From positions 10,187 through 74,186 of the forward strand of contig JACQCQ010000012.1 in the NCBI GenBank assembly GCA_016201505.1: DNA of 64,000 nt, in the 5' to 3' direction. The translations under genes and the position numbers were made by a program. This stretch comes from Candidatus Sungiibacteriota bacterium (GTDB lineage Bacteria; Patescibacteriota; Minisyncoccia; Sungbacterales; JACQCQ01). This document shows positions 45,339 through 55,143 of this stretch, piece after piece. The notes beneath the pieces were generated by a model that worked only from the letters and a program-made list of their open reading frames with translations, was not told the DNA's origin and made no database searches. Numbering within the stretch: position 1 is the first letter of the stretch; every line of letters starts with the position of its first letter.

Positions 45339-47225
45339 TTAGCGAACGACATGCCAGTCTTTATCGCTCGTCAGCGCGTCACTTTTTAATTCCGTGGTGA
45401 GATCTTCAGAAGTTACTGTAAGCAGTTCGCCCGTAAACATATCGTTCGCACTGACGTTAACCCCGCTTGCGAGAGTTACCGCCCTCGATACGGCATTCTC
45501 TCCCGGTGTTAAAGTCACCCGAAACGCCGCGTACGGCGATGGTTTGGATATACCTGCGCCTGCTTGAACTTTCCCGACTGGCCAGATAATGGCGCCCGAA
45601 GCGCTGTCATAGGAGAGCGAATTTCCCGCCGGAGACGTGGCGTTCTCCCAGGAAACACCCGGGGCTAACCTAGCACGAACGACTACCCCGGACAAATCAT
45701 TCGTCGTATTGGCAAGCTGCCAGACGATGACATAGCTTGTCGTTTGTCCGACCCGCGGCGGTAGTGGGCCGGCAGTTTCTAGATACGAGTTGTGATAGAG
45801 TGAGCGCGCAGAAAGCACGAGACGAGAAGAAACTTTGGCAGTTGAGACATCTTCAGCCGACAAGTCAACGCCTTCAAAACCGACTGGCGTGTCGGCGGCT
45901 TTTATTCTGGCGTCTACCTGAAAGCTCACCTGACGCGTGTCAGAGGTAAAATTGGGCAGCGTTTTTATGCTGAATGAGAGATTGCCTTCAGCATGCGCGG
46001 GAAGTGAATTAAACTGCGGGAATGACCCCGGGTTCCAGATCACTTGACCGGAACTGCCGTCATAGGCGCCGCTTTCTACTAGAAGAGAGCTTTTATCAAT
46101 CCCTTCGCTTGGTAAGGACGCGAGCACCGAAATATTTTTTAGGGGCAGATCCAAATTATTTTTAAAATGGAGCACGGCATGCAGATCGTCTCCGGCGTGA
46201 ATAACCCCGTCATGCGCGCCGTTTAGACTGGCTTCAATGGAAAGCAGCGGGACAAGGATATGGGCATTTTTAGTTGTCGCTTGATACGGAGTCCACTCTT
46301 TGGCGAAAACATTGTATAAACCGACTTTGGCCGTAAAGGGTTTCGATTCAGCTGGAGAACCCTGGATAATGCCTTTAATTGAAATTTTTCCTGAATCTCC
46401 GGGCGAGAGCGTCCCGATTGACCAGATGTTCGTGTCAATCGAAGGCTTGGGATCGGCCGATGCAAATTGGAACCCGGCCGGATACTCTACGCCGAGGTAT
46501 TGATTTTCAAATGGCGCCTCGGCATCCGATGAATATTCGATCGTAAATGCCACCTCTTGGCGCGAAACAAGGTTATCCGGCACGTTCAGCGTGACGACAA
46601 GCGGCACGCGCACAATCGTTACATTTACGCGAGCCTTGTCGACAAAGCGAGCCGAGGAGGATGCGGGACGGTAGAGTATCGAAGCCTCGGCGGTTTTTAT
46701 GTCATTCTCGGCGCCGAAAATTCGGGCATCAATTTCAATTGAGGCTTTCTGCCCCGGCGCTAGATCAACCAGCGTAATCCGCGTATGCGGCGGATTGCCG
46801 CCTGCTCCCTCTTCGCGGAGCGGCGAGGCGCCCACGGGATAGGTAAAATCAAGTTGCATATCTTTTAACGTTTCGCGGCTGCCGTTTTGATAAGACAGCG
46901 TGTAGGTCACGCGCTCGCCCGATTCAATGCGGTCTTTGACGATGAGCGCCATCGAGAGGTCGTGGCGCGCAAATCCGTAGAAAAACAAGAGCACAACCGC
47001 CAGCACCCCGATGGCAAATATCAGCGTGGCCAGTACCGAAAGACGCAGAAATCGCCGACGTTTTTCCCTCGCGGGTGCTTCTATCTTCTCCGCCTCTTCC
47101 ACCTCGCCCCAGGCTGTTTTTATCTCTTCGGGCTTTGATTTGATGACCTCAAAAAAACGCGGGTCTTTGGCTCGCTCCGGTTCATTTTTATAGAGATCGC
47201 GCCGAATATCATCGAGTTTCCCCAT
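45339..47225 (-). CDS. membrane-anchored surface protein with repeated beta-rich (DUF11/CARDB-like) domains, hypothetical
   Basis: N-terminal cytoplasmic segment plus one TM (LSVLATLIFAIGVLAVVLLFF), then about 550 aa of Ser/Thr/Asn-rich repeats. Confidence 0.5.
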   Translation of the reverse strand: MGKLDDIRRDLYKNEPERAKDPRFFEVIKSKPEEIKTAWGEVEEAEKIEAPAREKRRRFLRLSVLATLIFAIGVLAVVLLFFYGFARHDLSMALIVKDRIESGERVTYTLSYQNGSRETLKDMQLDFTYPVGASPLREEGAGGNPPHTRITLVDLAPGQKASIEIDARIFGAENDIKTAEASILYRPASSSARFVDKARVNVTIVRVPLVVTLNVPDNLVSRQEVAFTIEYSSDAEAPFENQYLGVEYPAGFQFASADPKPSIDTNIWSIGTLSPGDSGKISIKGIIQGSPAESKPFTAKVGLYNVFAKEWTPYQATTKNAHILVPLLSIEASLNGAHDGVIHAGDDLHAVLHFKNNLDLPLKNISVLASLPSEGIDKSSLLVESGAYDGSSGQVIWNPGSFPQFNSLPAHAEGNLSFSIKTLPNFTSDTRQVSFQVDARIKAADTPVGFEGVDLSAEDVSTAKVSSRLVLSARSLYHNSYLETAGPLPPRVGQTTSYVIVWQLANTTNDLSGVVVRARLAPGVSWENATSPAGNSLSYDSASGAIIWPVGKVQAGAGISKPSPYAAFRVTLTPGENAVSRAVTLASGVNVSANDMFTGELLTVTSEDLTTELKSDALTSDKDWHVVR

Positions 47226-47240
47226 ACTCTTCCAAGTATA

Positions 47241-47909
47241 TCACGCGGCACTTGGTGGTTTTATCGCCCAACGTCTTAAAAAATTATTGGTTAAAAAAAG
47301 AAAACGCAGTGAAAAATGCATTTCAAATGAGCGGGCAATGGCGGCAAAGGCAGAGGCAATGATCTGGGTTTTAGAGTCTTTTCTGATGTCATTCCATTCG
47401 CGCTCTTCCCAATGCAAAAAGAGATCACGCAGTTCGCGGGTCTTTACAATTTCTTCGTCGGCGGAAAGCCGATAGCCGGAATGGTTTAAAAAGCGGACCA
47501 AAGCCCAGAGCAAAATTCTCGGGGGTTCGTCAGAATCCTGCGCATCCTTAAGCAAGGTAAAAAAAGAAAAAGAGAGATCCCAAAGGCCTGAATCTTCTGC
47601 CTCAAAAGCCGTGTTTCGTATAACCGAGACGAAGGCTTCGGCGGCTTTCAGTTTTTCCTCCGAGCCAATAATCGAGGCCGGCCAGGAGATGAGGCTCGCA
47701 ACTGTTAAACGGTAGCCGTGTCGTGCTTCCACCAATACGAGGTCGGCCAGAGAATATGGCTCCAGATGCCCCTTTAATTTTGCGCCCGGTTTTCTGACTC
47801 CTTGGGCGGTCGCGTGAACCAGACCGAGGTGCTCGGTAAAAATAGTGAACACCAAATCAGCCTCATTTCGTTCCTGCCGCGCCAAAACGAATCCGCGCGT
47901 TCGTGGCAT
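47241..47909 (-). CDS. recO: DNA repair protein RecO
   Basis: OB-fold N-terminus (RGFVLARQERNEADLVFTIFTEHLGLV) followed by a helical C-terminus. Start taken at MPRTRG (47909), 1 nt from the ileS stop. Confidence 0.7.
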   Translation of the reverse strand: MPRTRGFVLARQERNEADLVFTIFTEHLGLVHATAQGVRKPGAKLKGHLEPYSLADLVLVEARHGYRLTVASLISWPASIIGSEEKLKAAEAFVSVIRNTAFEAEDSGLWDLSFSFFTLLKDAQDSDEPPRILLWALVRFLNHSGYRLSADEEIVKTRELRDLFLHWEEREWNDIRKDSKTQIIASAFAAIARSFEMHFSLRFLFLTNNFLRRWAIKPPSAA

Positions 47910-47910
47910 A

Positions 47911-50900
47911 TCAGCGAATACCAATCCAGAGACGCTCGCTTCCGCCAACTGGAATTTCACGCTCGATTTTAAAATTCTTTTTGCCGCCAAGAATGACTTT
48001 TTTGGCGCCGACGTCTCGTTTAATCTGCCCCTGCCATTCTTTTAAGATGCGCTTCGATTTTTCTCCGGCCAGAAACTGAAGGTTAATGGCATCTTGCGGC
48101 AAAAGGCCGAGATCGCGTCGCAATTCCTGGATGTTGCGGACAATTTCCCGAGCCAGCCCCTCGCGCCGCAGCCCCTCTGTCAATGTCGTATCGAGAATAA
48201 TTTTCGGTCCTTTGGCTACCTGCGGTAAAATAATAATCTTTTTGACATTGACCTCGTCTTCCAAGAGACGCTGCATTTCCTTTTTGCGGGAAAACTCCTT
48301 ATGCCGTATGGCAAGAGCAGCCAGCGGCTGGCGAACTTTAATGCCCGCCGCCGCGCGGGCTTTTAGGGCCTCGGCGGCAATCAGCCGAAGTGTTTCCATT
48401 TTTTTCTCGAGCACCGGTCGCATACGCGCGCGCGAGGCAATGGGCCAGTCTCTTAAATGAACGCTTTCTTCCTTGAAGACAAACTTTTTTGAAAGTTCGC
48501 GGTAGATGGCGTCCGCGATATAGGGGGTAAAGGGAGCCACCAATGCCAAGAGAGTCAGAAGAACTTCGCGCGTGGTGCCGGCAACTTCAGCTTTTTCTTT
48601 TTTTGAGCTGGGGCGCTGAAATCTCCTGCGCGATCGGCGCAAATACCAATTGGAAAAATCTTCGACCGTAAACGTCTCGACAAGACGGGCTGCCGAGACC
48701 ACGTCATAGGCTTCCAGATGGCGCGTTACGTCTTGAATCAGATTTTGCAGGCGCGATAGAATCCAGCGATCAAGCAGGGAACCAGATTTCCTCGCGAGAG
48801 AAACTTTGCCCTGCGTATAGGTGTCGAATAACACCCACGAGTTCCAGAGTGTCCCCAAGAATCCGCGCAGTTTCGCCGCCAGATCCTTCTCGTCAAATTT
48901 TTTGGGATCTCCCGGGGCGTTGACCGTATAAAAATACCAGCGAATGGCGTCAACCCCGTAGGTATCAATCATGGCCCAGGGATTTACGATGTTGCCGCGG
49001 GATTTGGACATTTTATGTCCATGCTTATCCAAGACATGGCCCAGCGAAATGACATTTTTATAGGGCGCGCCTTTGGCCAGTAAGGTCGATTCGGCCAGCA
49101 AGGTATAAAACCAGCCTCGTGTCTGATCAACCGCTTCGCAAATATAATCCGCCGGAAAATTTTTGCGCTTTTCAATCAGATCGACGTTTTCAAATGGATA
49201 ATGGATCGCAGCGAACGGCATGGCGCCTGAATCAAACCAGACATCGGCCACTTCCGGGATGCGAGCTTTAACCCCGCCGCAGGAACATCGCATTTTAATT
49301 TCATCAACGTACGGTCGATGCAGATCGATTTCGCCTTCAACGTTTCGCGGCAGGGGTTTTGGTTCAAAAATTTCAAATTCACCCGGCGCAATATACTCGC
49401 CCTGCTTCGGCCAAAGAGCAGCAGACTCTTTCCAAGACTCGCCTTTGATGGTGGCTACTAACATCCAGATCGGGTCGGCGTGCGTAATGATTAAAATAGT
49501 TTTCCCGCGGTATTTTGCCTCAAGCTCCCGAAAGAAAGACAGCATGCGCCGGCGCACGTCTTGTAAGGATTCGCCGTTTGGCGGCTTAGTCTCATATTTT
49601 TCGAGCCGATTTTTAAAAAAGGCGCGGTAGTTTCCGGCGGGGCCCCCATTAAAGTCCCCCGTATCGATTTCGCGCAATCGTTCATCAAAGATAATCTCTT
49701 TGTCGCCTAACATATTTTTTAGAACCTCCAGTGTTTCTTTGGTGCGCACTAAATCGGAGGCCATCACGACGTCAATCCTCTCGGCTACGAGCCGCGGGCC
49801 GGCGCGTTCTACATCGGCGCGCCCTTTTTCGGTGAGATGCGCGGGACTCGTCTCCGGCCACGAAGAAATATAATCTTTGGTTAAATTCTCGGCCTCGCCG
49901 TGCCGCATCAAAATGTAGCGATTGCCTGACGACATCGCGCGCGAGGACAATTCCTCGACCGAAGAAACAGCCGCGACGGCTCCGCAGGCATTGCACTTCC
50001 ACAACGGCAACGTGGTGCCCCAATAACGCTCGCGCGAGAAGGCCCAATCTTTTTCTTCTTTTAGCCATTCCCCGAATCGGCCATGTTTTAAATGCGACGG
50101 AACCCAATGAATGGTCTCGTTATTGCGCATTACGTCTTTGCGCACCGCATTCACCCGGAGCCACCAGGAAGTCCGTGCATAATAGAGTATCGGCGTGTCG
50201 CAGCGCCAGCAAAATGGGTAGTCATGCTCGTAGGCTTCTTCGCGGAATAAGGACCCGATCTTCTGCAGATGCTGTAAAATAAAAAGATCAGTTTCTTTGG
50301 CTTTGACATACTTCCCGCCCAGCCCATTCCCCAGTGCGGCCACAAATTTGCCGTTATCGGAGACGGTGTGAATTGCGGGAAGCCCAACTTTTTTCCCAAG
50401 CCGGTAATCGTCTTCTCCATACATGACTGCCGTATGGACCACACCCGTGCCTTCAGTCCCCAAGACAAAATCGGCAGCGTAAATTTTATATGAATTGTTG
50501 GTCACCAATTCCGGCACATCGAAAAGCGGCTGGTACGTAAGCCCAACGAGTTCTTTCCCAAGAAAGGGCACACTCGCTTTTGAATCTTTCGGCAAGACGC
50601 CGCGTTTTACGAGAATAGAGAAATTATCCTGGCCCACCACAACCCAATTACCTTTTTTTTCAGGATCGGGCACTCGGACATACTGCATGCCTTCCGATAC
50701 CGCGAGCGCCACATTCCCCGGCAATGTCCAGGGCGTTGTGGTCCAGGACAAAATGGCCACGTTCTTCCATTTGGGATCTTGGCTCGTCAATTTAAATCGA
50801 ATGTAAACTGAAGTATCAACAATTGACTTATACCCCAGCGCAATTTCGTGCGATGAAAGACCGGTGCCGCATCTCGTACACCAGGGCAAGACCTTAAAAT

Positions 50901-51516
50901 CCTGATAAAGCAATTTTTTCTTCCAAAATTCAGCAATCATCCACCACAGAGATTCCATATAGGATTTTTCGTAGGTGATGTAAGGACGGGCCATATCCAG
51001 CCAAAAAGCGATGCGTTCAGTAAGATTCTCCCAGTCCTTCACGTACTGCCAAACAGCCTTTCGGCATTGTTCGTTAAAGGCCGCGATGCCGTATTGTTCG
51101 ATGTCTTGTTTTGATTTAAACCCCAACGCTTTTTCTACTTGAATTTCAACCGGCAGCCCATGCGTATCCCAGCCGCCGCGGCGCGGCACATAGTATCCCT
51201 GCATCGATTTAAATCGCGGAATAACGTCTTTAAATGAGCGCGCTTCTATATGATGAAAGCCGGGCGCGGCGTTCGCGGTCGGCGGGCCTTCATAAAAAAT
51301 GAAAGGTTTGCCGCTGGCACGCGCTTTAACCGATTTTTCGAATATTGAATGATCTTTCCAGAATTGAAGAACTTGCTCCTCACGCAAAACTGGCTCTGAT
51401 TTGGGAGTTATTTGGGGCTGGGGTTTTATCATTGGCACGCCCAACTCGACGAGATCTTCGCCCCGTTTTAGCTGGGAGACTGATTTTTTAGCGGTTTTGC
51501 CTTTCTCGGTTGGCAT
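47911..51516 (-). CDS. ileS: isoleucyl-tRNA synthetase with an inserted histidine-phosphatase (PGAM-like) domain (about aa 528-712; nt about 49381-49935)
   Basis: HIGH-like region, CP1 editing domain, WAFSRERYWGTTLP, KMSKSRGN and a C-terminal zinc/junction domain. Between ...SVEELSSRA and ...DLHRPYVDEIK lie about 185 aa carrying RHGEAENL, SDLVRTKET and ILIITHADP, the His-phosphatase branch-1 motifs. Confidence 0.9.
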   Translation of the reverse strand: MPTEKGKTAKKSVSQLKRGEDLVELGVPMIKPQPQITPKSEPVLREEQVLQFWKDHSIFEKSVKARASGKPFIFYEGPPTANAAPGFHHIEARSFKDVIPRFKSMQGYYVPRRGGWDTHGLPVEIQVEKALGFKSKQDIEQYGIAAFNEQCRKAVWQYVKDWENLTERIAFWLDMARPYITYEKSYMESLWWMIAEFWKKKLLYQDFKVLPWCTRCGTGLSSHEIALGYKSIVDTSVYIRFKLTSQDPKWKNVAILSWTTTPWTLPGNVALAVSEGMQYVRVPDPEKKGNWVVVGQDNFSILVKRGVLPKDSKASVPFLGKELVGLTYQPLFDVPELVTNNSYKIYAADFVLGTEGTGVVHTAVMYGEDDYRLGKKVGLPAIHTVSDNGKFVAALGNGLGGKYVKAKETDLFILQHLQKIGSLFREEAYEHDYPFCWRCDTPILYYARTSWWLRVNAVRKDVMRNNETIHWVPSHLKHGRFGEWLKEEKDWAFSRERYWGTTLPLWKCNACGAVAAVSSVEELSSRAMSSGNRYILMRHGEAENLTKDYISSWPETSPAHLTEKGRADVERAGPRLVAERIDVVMASDLVRTKETLEVLKNMLGDKEIIFDERLREIDTGDFNGGPAGNYRAFFKNRLEKYETKPPNGESLQDVRRRMLSFFRELEAKYRGKTILIITHADPIWMLVATIKGESWKESAALWPKQGEYIAPGEFEIFEPKPLPRNVEGEIDLHRPYVDEIKMRCSCGGVKARIPEVADVWFDSGAMPFAAIHYPFENVDLIEKRKNFPADYICEAVDQTRGWFYTLLAESTLLAKGAPYKNVISLGHVLDKHGHKMSKSRGNIVNPWAMIDTYGVDAIRWYFYTVNAPGDPKKFDEKDLAAKLRGFLGTLWNSWVLFDTYTQGKVSLARKSGSLLDRWILSRLQNLIQDVTRHLEAYDVVSAARLVETFTVEDFSNWYLRRSRRRFQRPSSKKEKAEVAGTTREVLLTLLALVAPFTPYIADAIYRELSKKFVFKEESVHLRDWPIASRARMRPVLEKKMETLRLIAAEALKARAAAGIKVRQPLAALAIRHKEFSRKKEMQRLLEDEVNVKKIIILPQVAKGPKIILDTTLTEGLRREGLAREIVRNIQELRRDLGLLPQDAINLQFLAGEKSKRILKEWQGQIKRDVGAKKVILGGKKNFKIEREIPVGGSERLWIGIR

Positions 51517-51590
51517 CTAAAGCTGATTACAGGCTATTGTCTACAGGCTACAGCTGATGCGGTAGTCTGTGGTCGGTAGTCTGTGAGCTT
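51517..51590 (-). promoter_or_regulatory. ileS 5' leader with repeated GGTAGTCTGT / CTGTAG motif family
   Basis: Minus-strand leader reads CACAGACUACCGACCACAGACUACCGCAUCAGCUGUAGCCUGUAGAC...UUUAG AUG, with no SD. A similar motif block lies in the infC-rpmI spacer. Confidence 0.4.
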
Positions 51591-51731
51591 TTTAATAGGT
51601 GTCTCATTCTAGCTGAAAAAATGCCCCCTGCCAAGAGCTTCTTTCACTATCCACTTGTGGAATAAGGCGGGCTCGACTAAGGTGAGAACGGCAAAAATGA
51701 AGGCGCGAAAGTTTTTTGAGGCGAGCGTCCG

Positions 51732-53348
51732 CTACATTTCTTCGGGAGCGGAAATCCCCAAAAGATCCAATGATTTTTTTAAAACAATTTGAGTGGCCCT
51801 CGCTAATTGAAGCCGCGATTTTTTAATATCGGCTGCTGCATCCAAGATGCGTTCTGTCTCATAGAACACATGAAAGTTATGCGCGAGCTCGTAAGCATAG
51901 CGGATGAGTCTCGAAACGCGATAATCCGCGGCAATGTCACGCAGCACATCCGGAAAATCAATTAATTTCCAAATTAAACGATCCTCCGATTCTGAAGCCA
52001 GGAGCGAGACATCGAAATCAGATTTTTCATACGGCTCTTTTATGAAAATCGAACAAAGGCGTGCGTGCGCATACTGAATATAGAAGACCGGATTTTCTTT
52101 GGATCTTTTTTTAGCCAGATCCAAATCAAAATCAATATGCGTCTCGTGATTTTTTTCTAAAAAGAAATACCGCGCCTGATCGAGACCGACTTCATCAATC
52201 AATTCATCAATGGTGACGTATACTCCTGTGCGTTTGGACATCCGCCGCTCAACGCCATTTTCCATCAAACGAACAAGCTGCATTACGATCACTTCAGATT
52301 TCGCCATCCCGATAATTTTCGCTACTGCCTGAATCCTGGAAACGTAACCATGATGATCGGCACCCAAAATATTGATTTTGTGATTAAAACCTCGTTTCTT
52401 GGTTTCTAAATAGTGAGCAGCATCAATAAAAAAGTACGTCGGGAGTCGGTCAGAGGTGACTAGAACTCGATCTTTATCATCTCCATATTTTTTCGTTTTT
52501 AACCATCTGGCACCATCCCTGTCAAAAATAAGATCAGGGGAAATAGATTTCGCAAGCTGTTCAAATTCGATAGTTAAAGGCGGCCGGCTTTGGCGAATAT
52601 CTCGTTGTTCGGATGTCCACCTATCAAAATTGATTTTCATTTTTTTCTCAATTACCGGTCGAATGAGATTTTTAACAAAATCATTTGCAACATATATCCC
52701 GAGAAGCTGAGGATCTTTTAAATAAAGATCCCAGTTCAATGTTTGTTTAGAGTCAAGCCATTCTTTCAAATAATCCCCATGATAATATTTCTCGTCATCT
52801 AGCACCTTGCCCGCTATAGCTAAAATTGAAAGTCCAAGTGTTGTGATCTGGTTCCCGGAATCATTGATATAATATTCACGTTCAACCTCAAAACCCTGCG
52901 AGGCCAGAACGCGAGAAAGCACGTCGCCCAAGAATCCGCCGCGGCCGTTGGCAAGTGTTAAAGGACCGGTTGGATTGGCTGAAATAAACTCGACTTGGAT
53001 TTTTTCGTTGAGGCGACTCTGATTCCCGTAGCGCTCTTTTCCATCTAAGATTCGTGTAAATTCTTTTTTTACTTCAGACTCGGAAATTTGGAAATTCAGG
53101 AATCCCGGAGGAGAAAACGTAATCGTGGCAATGGCCGGATCGATAATTTTTCGCATTAACATCTCGGCCACATCTTGAGGTTGCTTTTTTTCAAGGCCCG
53201 CCAAAACGAGAGGTAAATTGGTGGCATAGTCACCGAGTTCGGCCCTTGGCGGGTGTTCAACCGAAAATGAAACCCCCCCTGGAATCTCCACATTTTTTCG
53301 CAAGATTTCTATAATTCTTTCTCTCATGCCTATGATGTATCTTATCAT
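51732..53348 (-). CDS. argS: arginyl-tRNA synthetase
   Basis: Class I aaRS with N-terminal Add-1, a HIGH region (ANPTGPLTLANGRG), MSKR and a DALR anticodon-binding domain. Confidence 0.9.
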   Translation of the reverse strand: MIRYIIGMRERIIEILRKNVEIPGGVSFSVEHPPRAELGDYATNLPLVLAGLEKKQPQDVAEMLMRKIIDPAIATITFSPPGFLNFQISESEVKKEFTRILDGKERYGNQSRLNEKIQVEFISANPTGPLTLANGRGGFLGDVLSRVLASQGFEVEREYYINDSGNQITTLGLSILAIAGKVLDDEKYYHGDYLKEWLDSKQTLNWDLYLKDPQLLGIYVANDFVKNLIRPVIEKKMKINFDRWTSEQRDIRQSRPPLTIEFEQLAKSISPDLIFDRDGARWLKTKKYGDDKDRVLVTSDRLPTYFFIDAAHYLETKKRGFNHKINILGADHHGYVSRIQAVAKIIGMAKSEVIVMQLVRLMENGVERRMSKRTGVYVTIDELIDEVGLDQARYFFLEKNHETHIDFDLDLAKKRSKENPVFYIQYAHARLCSIFIKEPYEKSDFDVSLLASESEDRLIWKLIDFPDVLRDIAADYRVSRLIRYAYELAHNFHVFYETERILDAAADIKKSRLQLARATQIVLKKSLDLLGISAPEEM

Positions 53349-53608
53349 CTGTCAAAAAACTGGGCGGCGGCGCCCCGTAACGGTGGACGTTTTTCCTGTG
53401 AGTATTGCTAGAACCATCGCCGTATCCAGCGCCATACAGCCGATTATGATGGCTGCCGATTTGCTCTCCGGCGTCTCGAGGGAAATACCTTCGAACAAAG
53501 GCTGACGAAGGCCATAAACCAGATCCACATCGCCCGCCTCCTGTCTCGAAAAAACTGCAGGCTGTGGTACTTTGAACGTAGCACGTGAGTCTTGAAAAGC
53601 AATAACTG

Positions 53609-54052
53609 ATGCCGACCTACGTCGAAAACAAACGAGCGCACTTCGACTATTACATCCTCGAAACCTACGAGGCGGGAATAGAGTTAATTGGTTTTGAGGT
53701 AAAAGCCATTCGTGGCGGGCATATGAATCTAATGGGCGCCTTTGTCGTGCCGCGCGCGAATGAACTCTATTTAACAAACGCCACCGTCAGCCGCTACCAG
53801 CCGCAAAATACGCCGCGCGACTATAACCCTGAAAGGTCCAGGCGACTCTTGCTCCATAGGAACGAGATCGCGACCTTAATCGGCAAATCACGTGAATCAG
53901 GCTTGACCTTGATCCCTATCCGCGTATATAGTAAGCGTCGACATATAAAACTTCTCCTCGGCGTCGCACGGCGCAAGAAAAAACTAGACAAGCGCGAAGC
54001 GATTAAAAAACGCTATAGTGAACGGGAGATCCAGAAGGCCACTAGCCACTAG
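53609..54052 (+). CDS. smpB: SsrA-binding protein
   Basis: AHFDYYILETYEAGIELIGFEVKAIR..., the SmpB fold with a basic C-terminal tail. Confidence 0.9.
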   Translation: MPTYVENKRAHFDYYILETYEAGIELIGFEVKAIRGGHMNLMGAFVVPRANELYLTNATVSRYQPQNTPRDYNPERSRRLLLHRNEIATLIGKSRESGLTLIPIRVYSKRRHIKLLLGVARRKKKLDKREAIKKRYSEREIQKATSH

Positions 54053-54110
54053 AAGTCAGCCATTAGTTTTTTAACTAGTTGCTAGTGGCTAGTTGCTAAG
54101 CAACTAGTTC

Positions 54111-54528
54111 GGGGACGCATTTGATTCGACGGATCATTTACATTTAGGCGAAACGCAGACCGAGAAGTTCGGCCAACTCGCTTGCCCTTCCATAGCCCTT
54201 GGCGAAGGAGGGTAAAAGTTCCGAACAATAATACGTGCAAACGTATTCAAATTTGATGGTGCTTTGGCACCCGCTATGGCGTAAGTTATAGCTGCTTCCT
54301 TGCGAAAGAATCGCAAGCATCGGACCATGATGCCTCTTGGTGGGTTCCCGGTGTTATATCGAGGCTGGACTCTCGCCAACCGGTAACGGGAGCGACGAAT
54401 ACCGGAAACGATCGCTGAGTATGTTGCAGGATGTGAAGCTCGCGATTCGTACATAATCCTGCTATGTCTGTAATCATCGTTTTGTTTAGATGAAGATTCG
54501 GACGAGGAGTCACTCTCCTCCGTCTCCA
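54111..54528 (+). ncRNA. ssrA: tmRNA (transfer-messenger RNA)
   Basis: 5' GGGGACGCAUUUGAUUCGACGG matches the tmRNA 5' consensus. Acceptor GGGGACG/CGUCUCC has a G3:U70 wobble. T-arm GAGGA GUCACUC UCCUC, then discriminator A; CCA is not encoded. An internal reading frame GCA AAC GUA UUC AAA UUU GAU GGU GCU UUG GCA CCC GCU AUG GCG UAA gives tag ANVFKFDGALAPAMA. It lies immediately downstream of smpB. Confidence 0.8.
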
Positions 54529-54633
54529 TTAGAACGAATGCAAAAATTAAAGGGCAAAATGCAAAATTTAGGTATCGCCTCGCGATGATTTTTAAATTGT
54601 CATTTTAATTTTTGATATTTAAACTCTAATTTT

Positions 54634-55143
54634 ATTCAGAAACGCTACCGCACAAACGAATATATCAGATCTCCCGAACTGCGGGTGATTACCGGCGACG
54701 GCAAGAGTCTTGGCGTTTTGACATTGGCGGAAGCTCTCGCAAAAGCACGGGCCATGGGACTCGATCTGATTGAAATCGCGCCAACGGCGAACCCGCCCGT
54801 CGCCAAAATCATGGATTTTGGCAAGTTTAAATATGAGCGTGAGCGCGGCGAACGGGAGCATCGGCCGAAAAAAACCGGTGGCGAAGTAAAAAGCATCCGC
54901 ATCGGATTTAAAACCGGCAAGCATGACCTGGAGGTGAGAGCACTGCAAGCCAAAAAATTTTTAGAGCGCGGCGATATGGTCAACGTGCTGCTGGCGCTTC
55001 GTGGCCGCGAAAAAGCGCACCGGCCTCTCGCCCAAACCAAATTCCAGGAGTTCTTGAAATTAATCCCGATTGATATTACACTCGACGGGTCTCCCAGGAG
55101 CATCCCGCAAGGCATTCTGGGGATGATTCGCAGGGCCTCGTAA
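54634..55143 (+). CDS. infC: translation initiation factor IF-3 (probable AUU start)
   Basis: Track ORF starts at GTG 54685. In-frame upstream codons encode ...RTNEYIRSPELR, which aligns to the IF3 N-domain. ATT at 54634 is the first in-frame candidate after a TGA stop. Confidence 0.8.
   Translation: MQKRYRTNEYIRSPELRVITGDGKSLGVLTLAEALAKARAMGLDLIEIAPTANPPVAKIMDFGKFKYERERGEREHRPKKTGGEVKSIRIGFKTGKHDLEVRALQAKKFLERGDMVNVLLALRGREKAHRPLAQTKFQEFLKLIPIDITLDGSPRSIPQGILGMIRRAS

Noticed and set aside
51517-51731. T-box leader upstream of ileS.
   Set aside because: No AGGGUGGNACCGCG T-box sequence or specifier-loop architecture is present. The leader instead carries the GGTAGTCTGT motif block.
54134-54529. 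Minus-strand ORFs (131 aa and 75 aa) in the smpB-infC spacer.
   Set aside because: They lie entirely inside the tmRNA gene; spurious.
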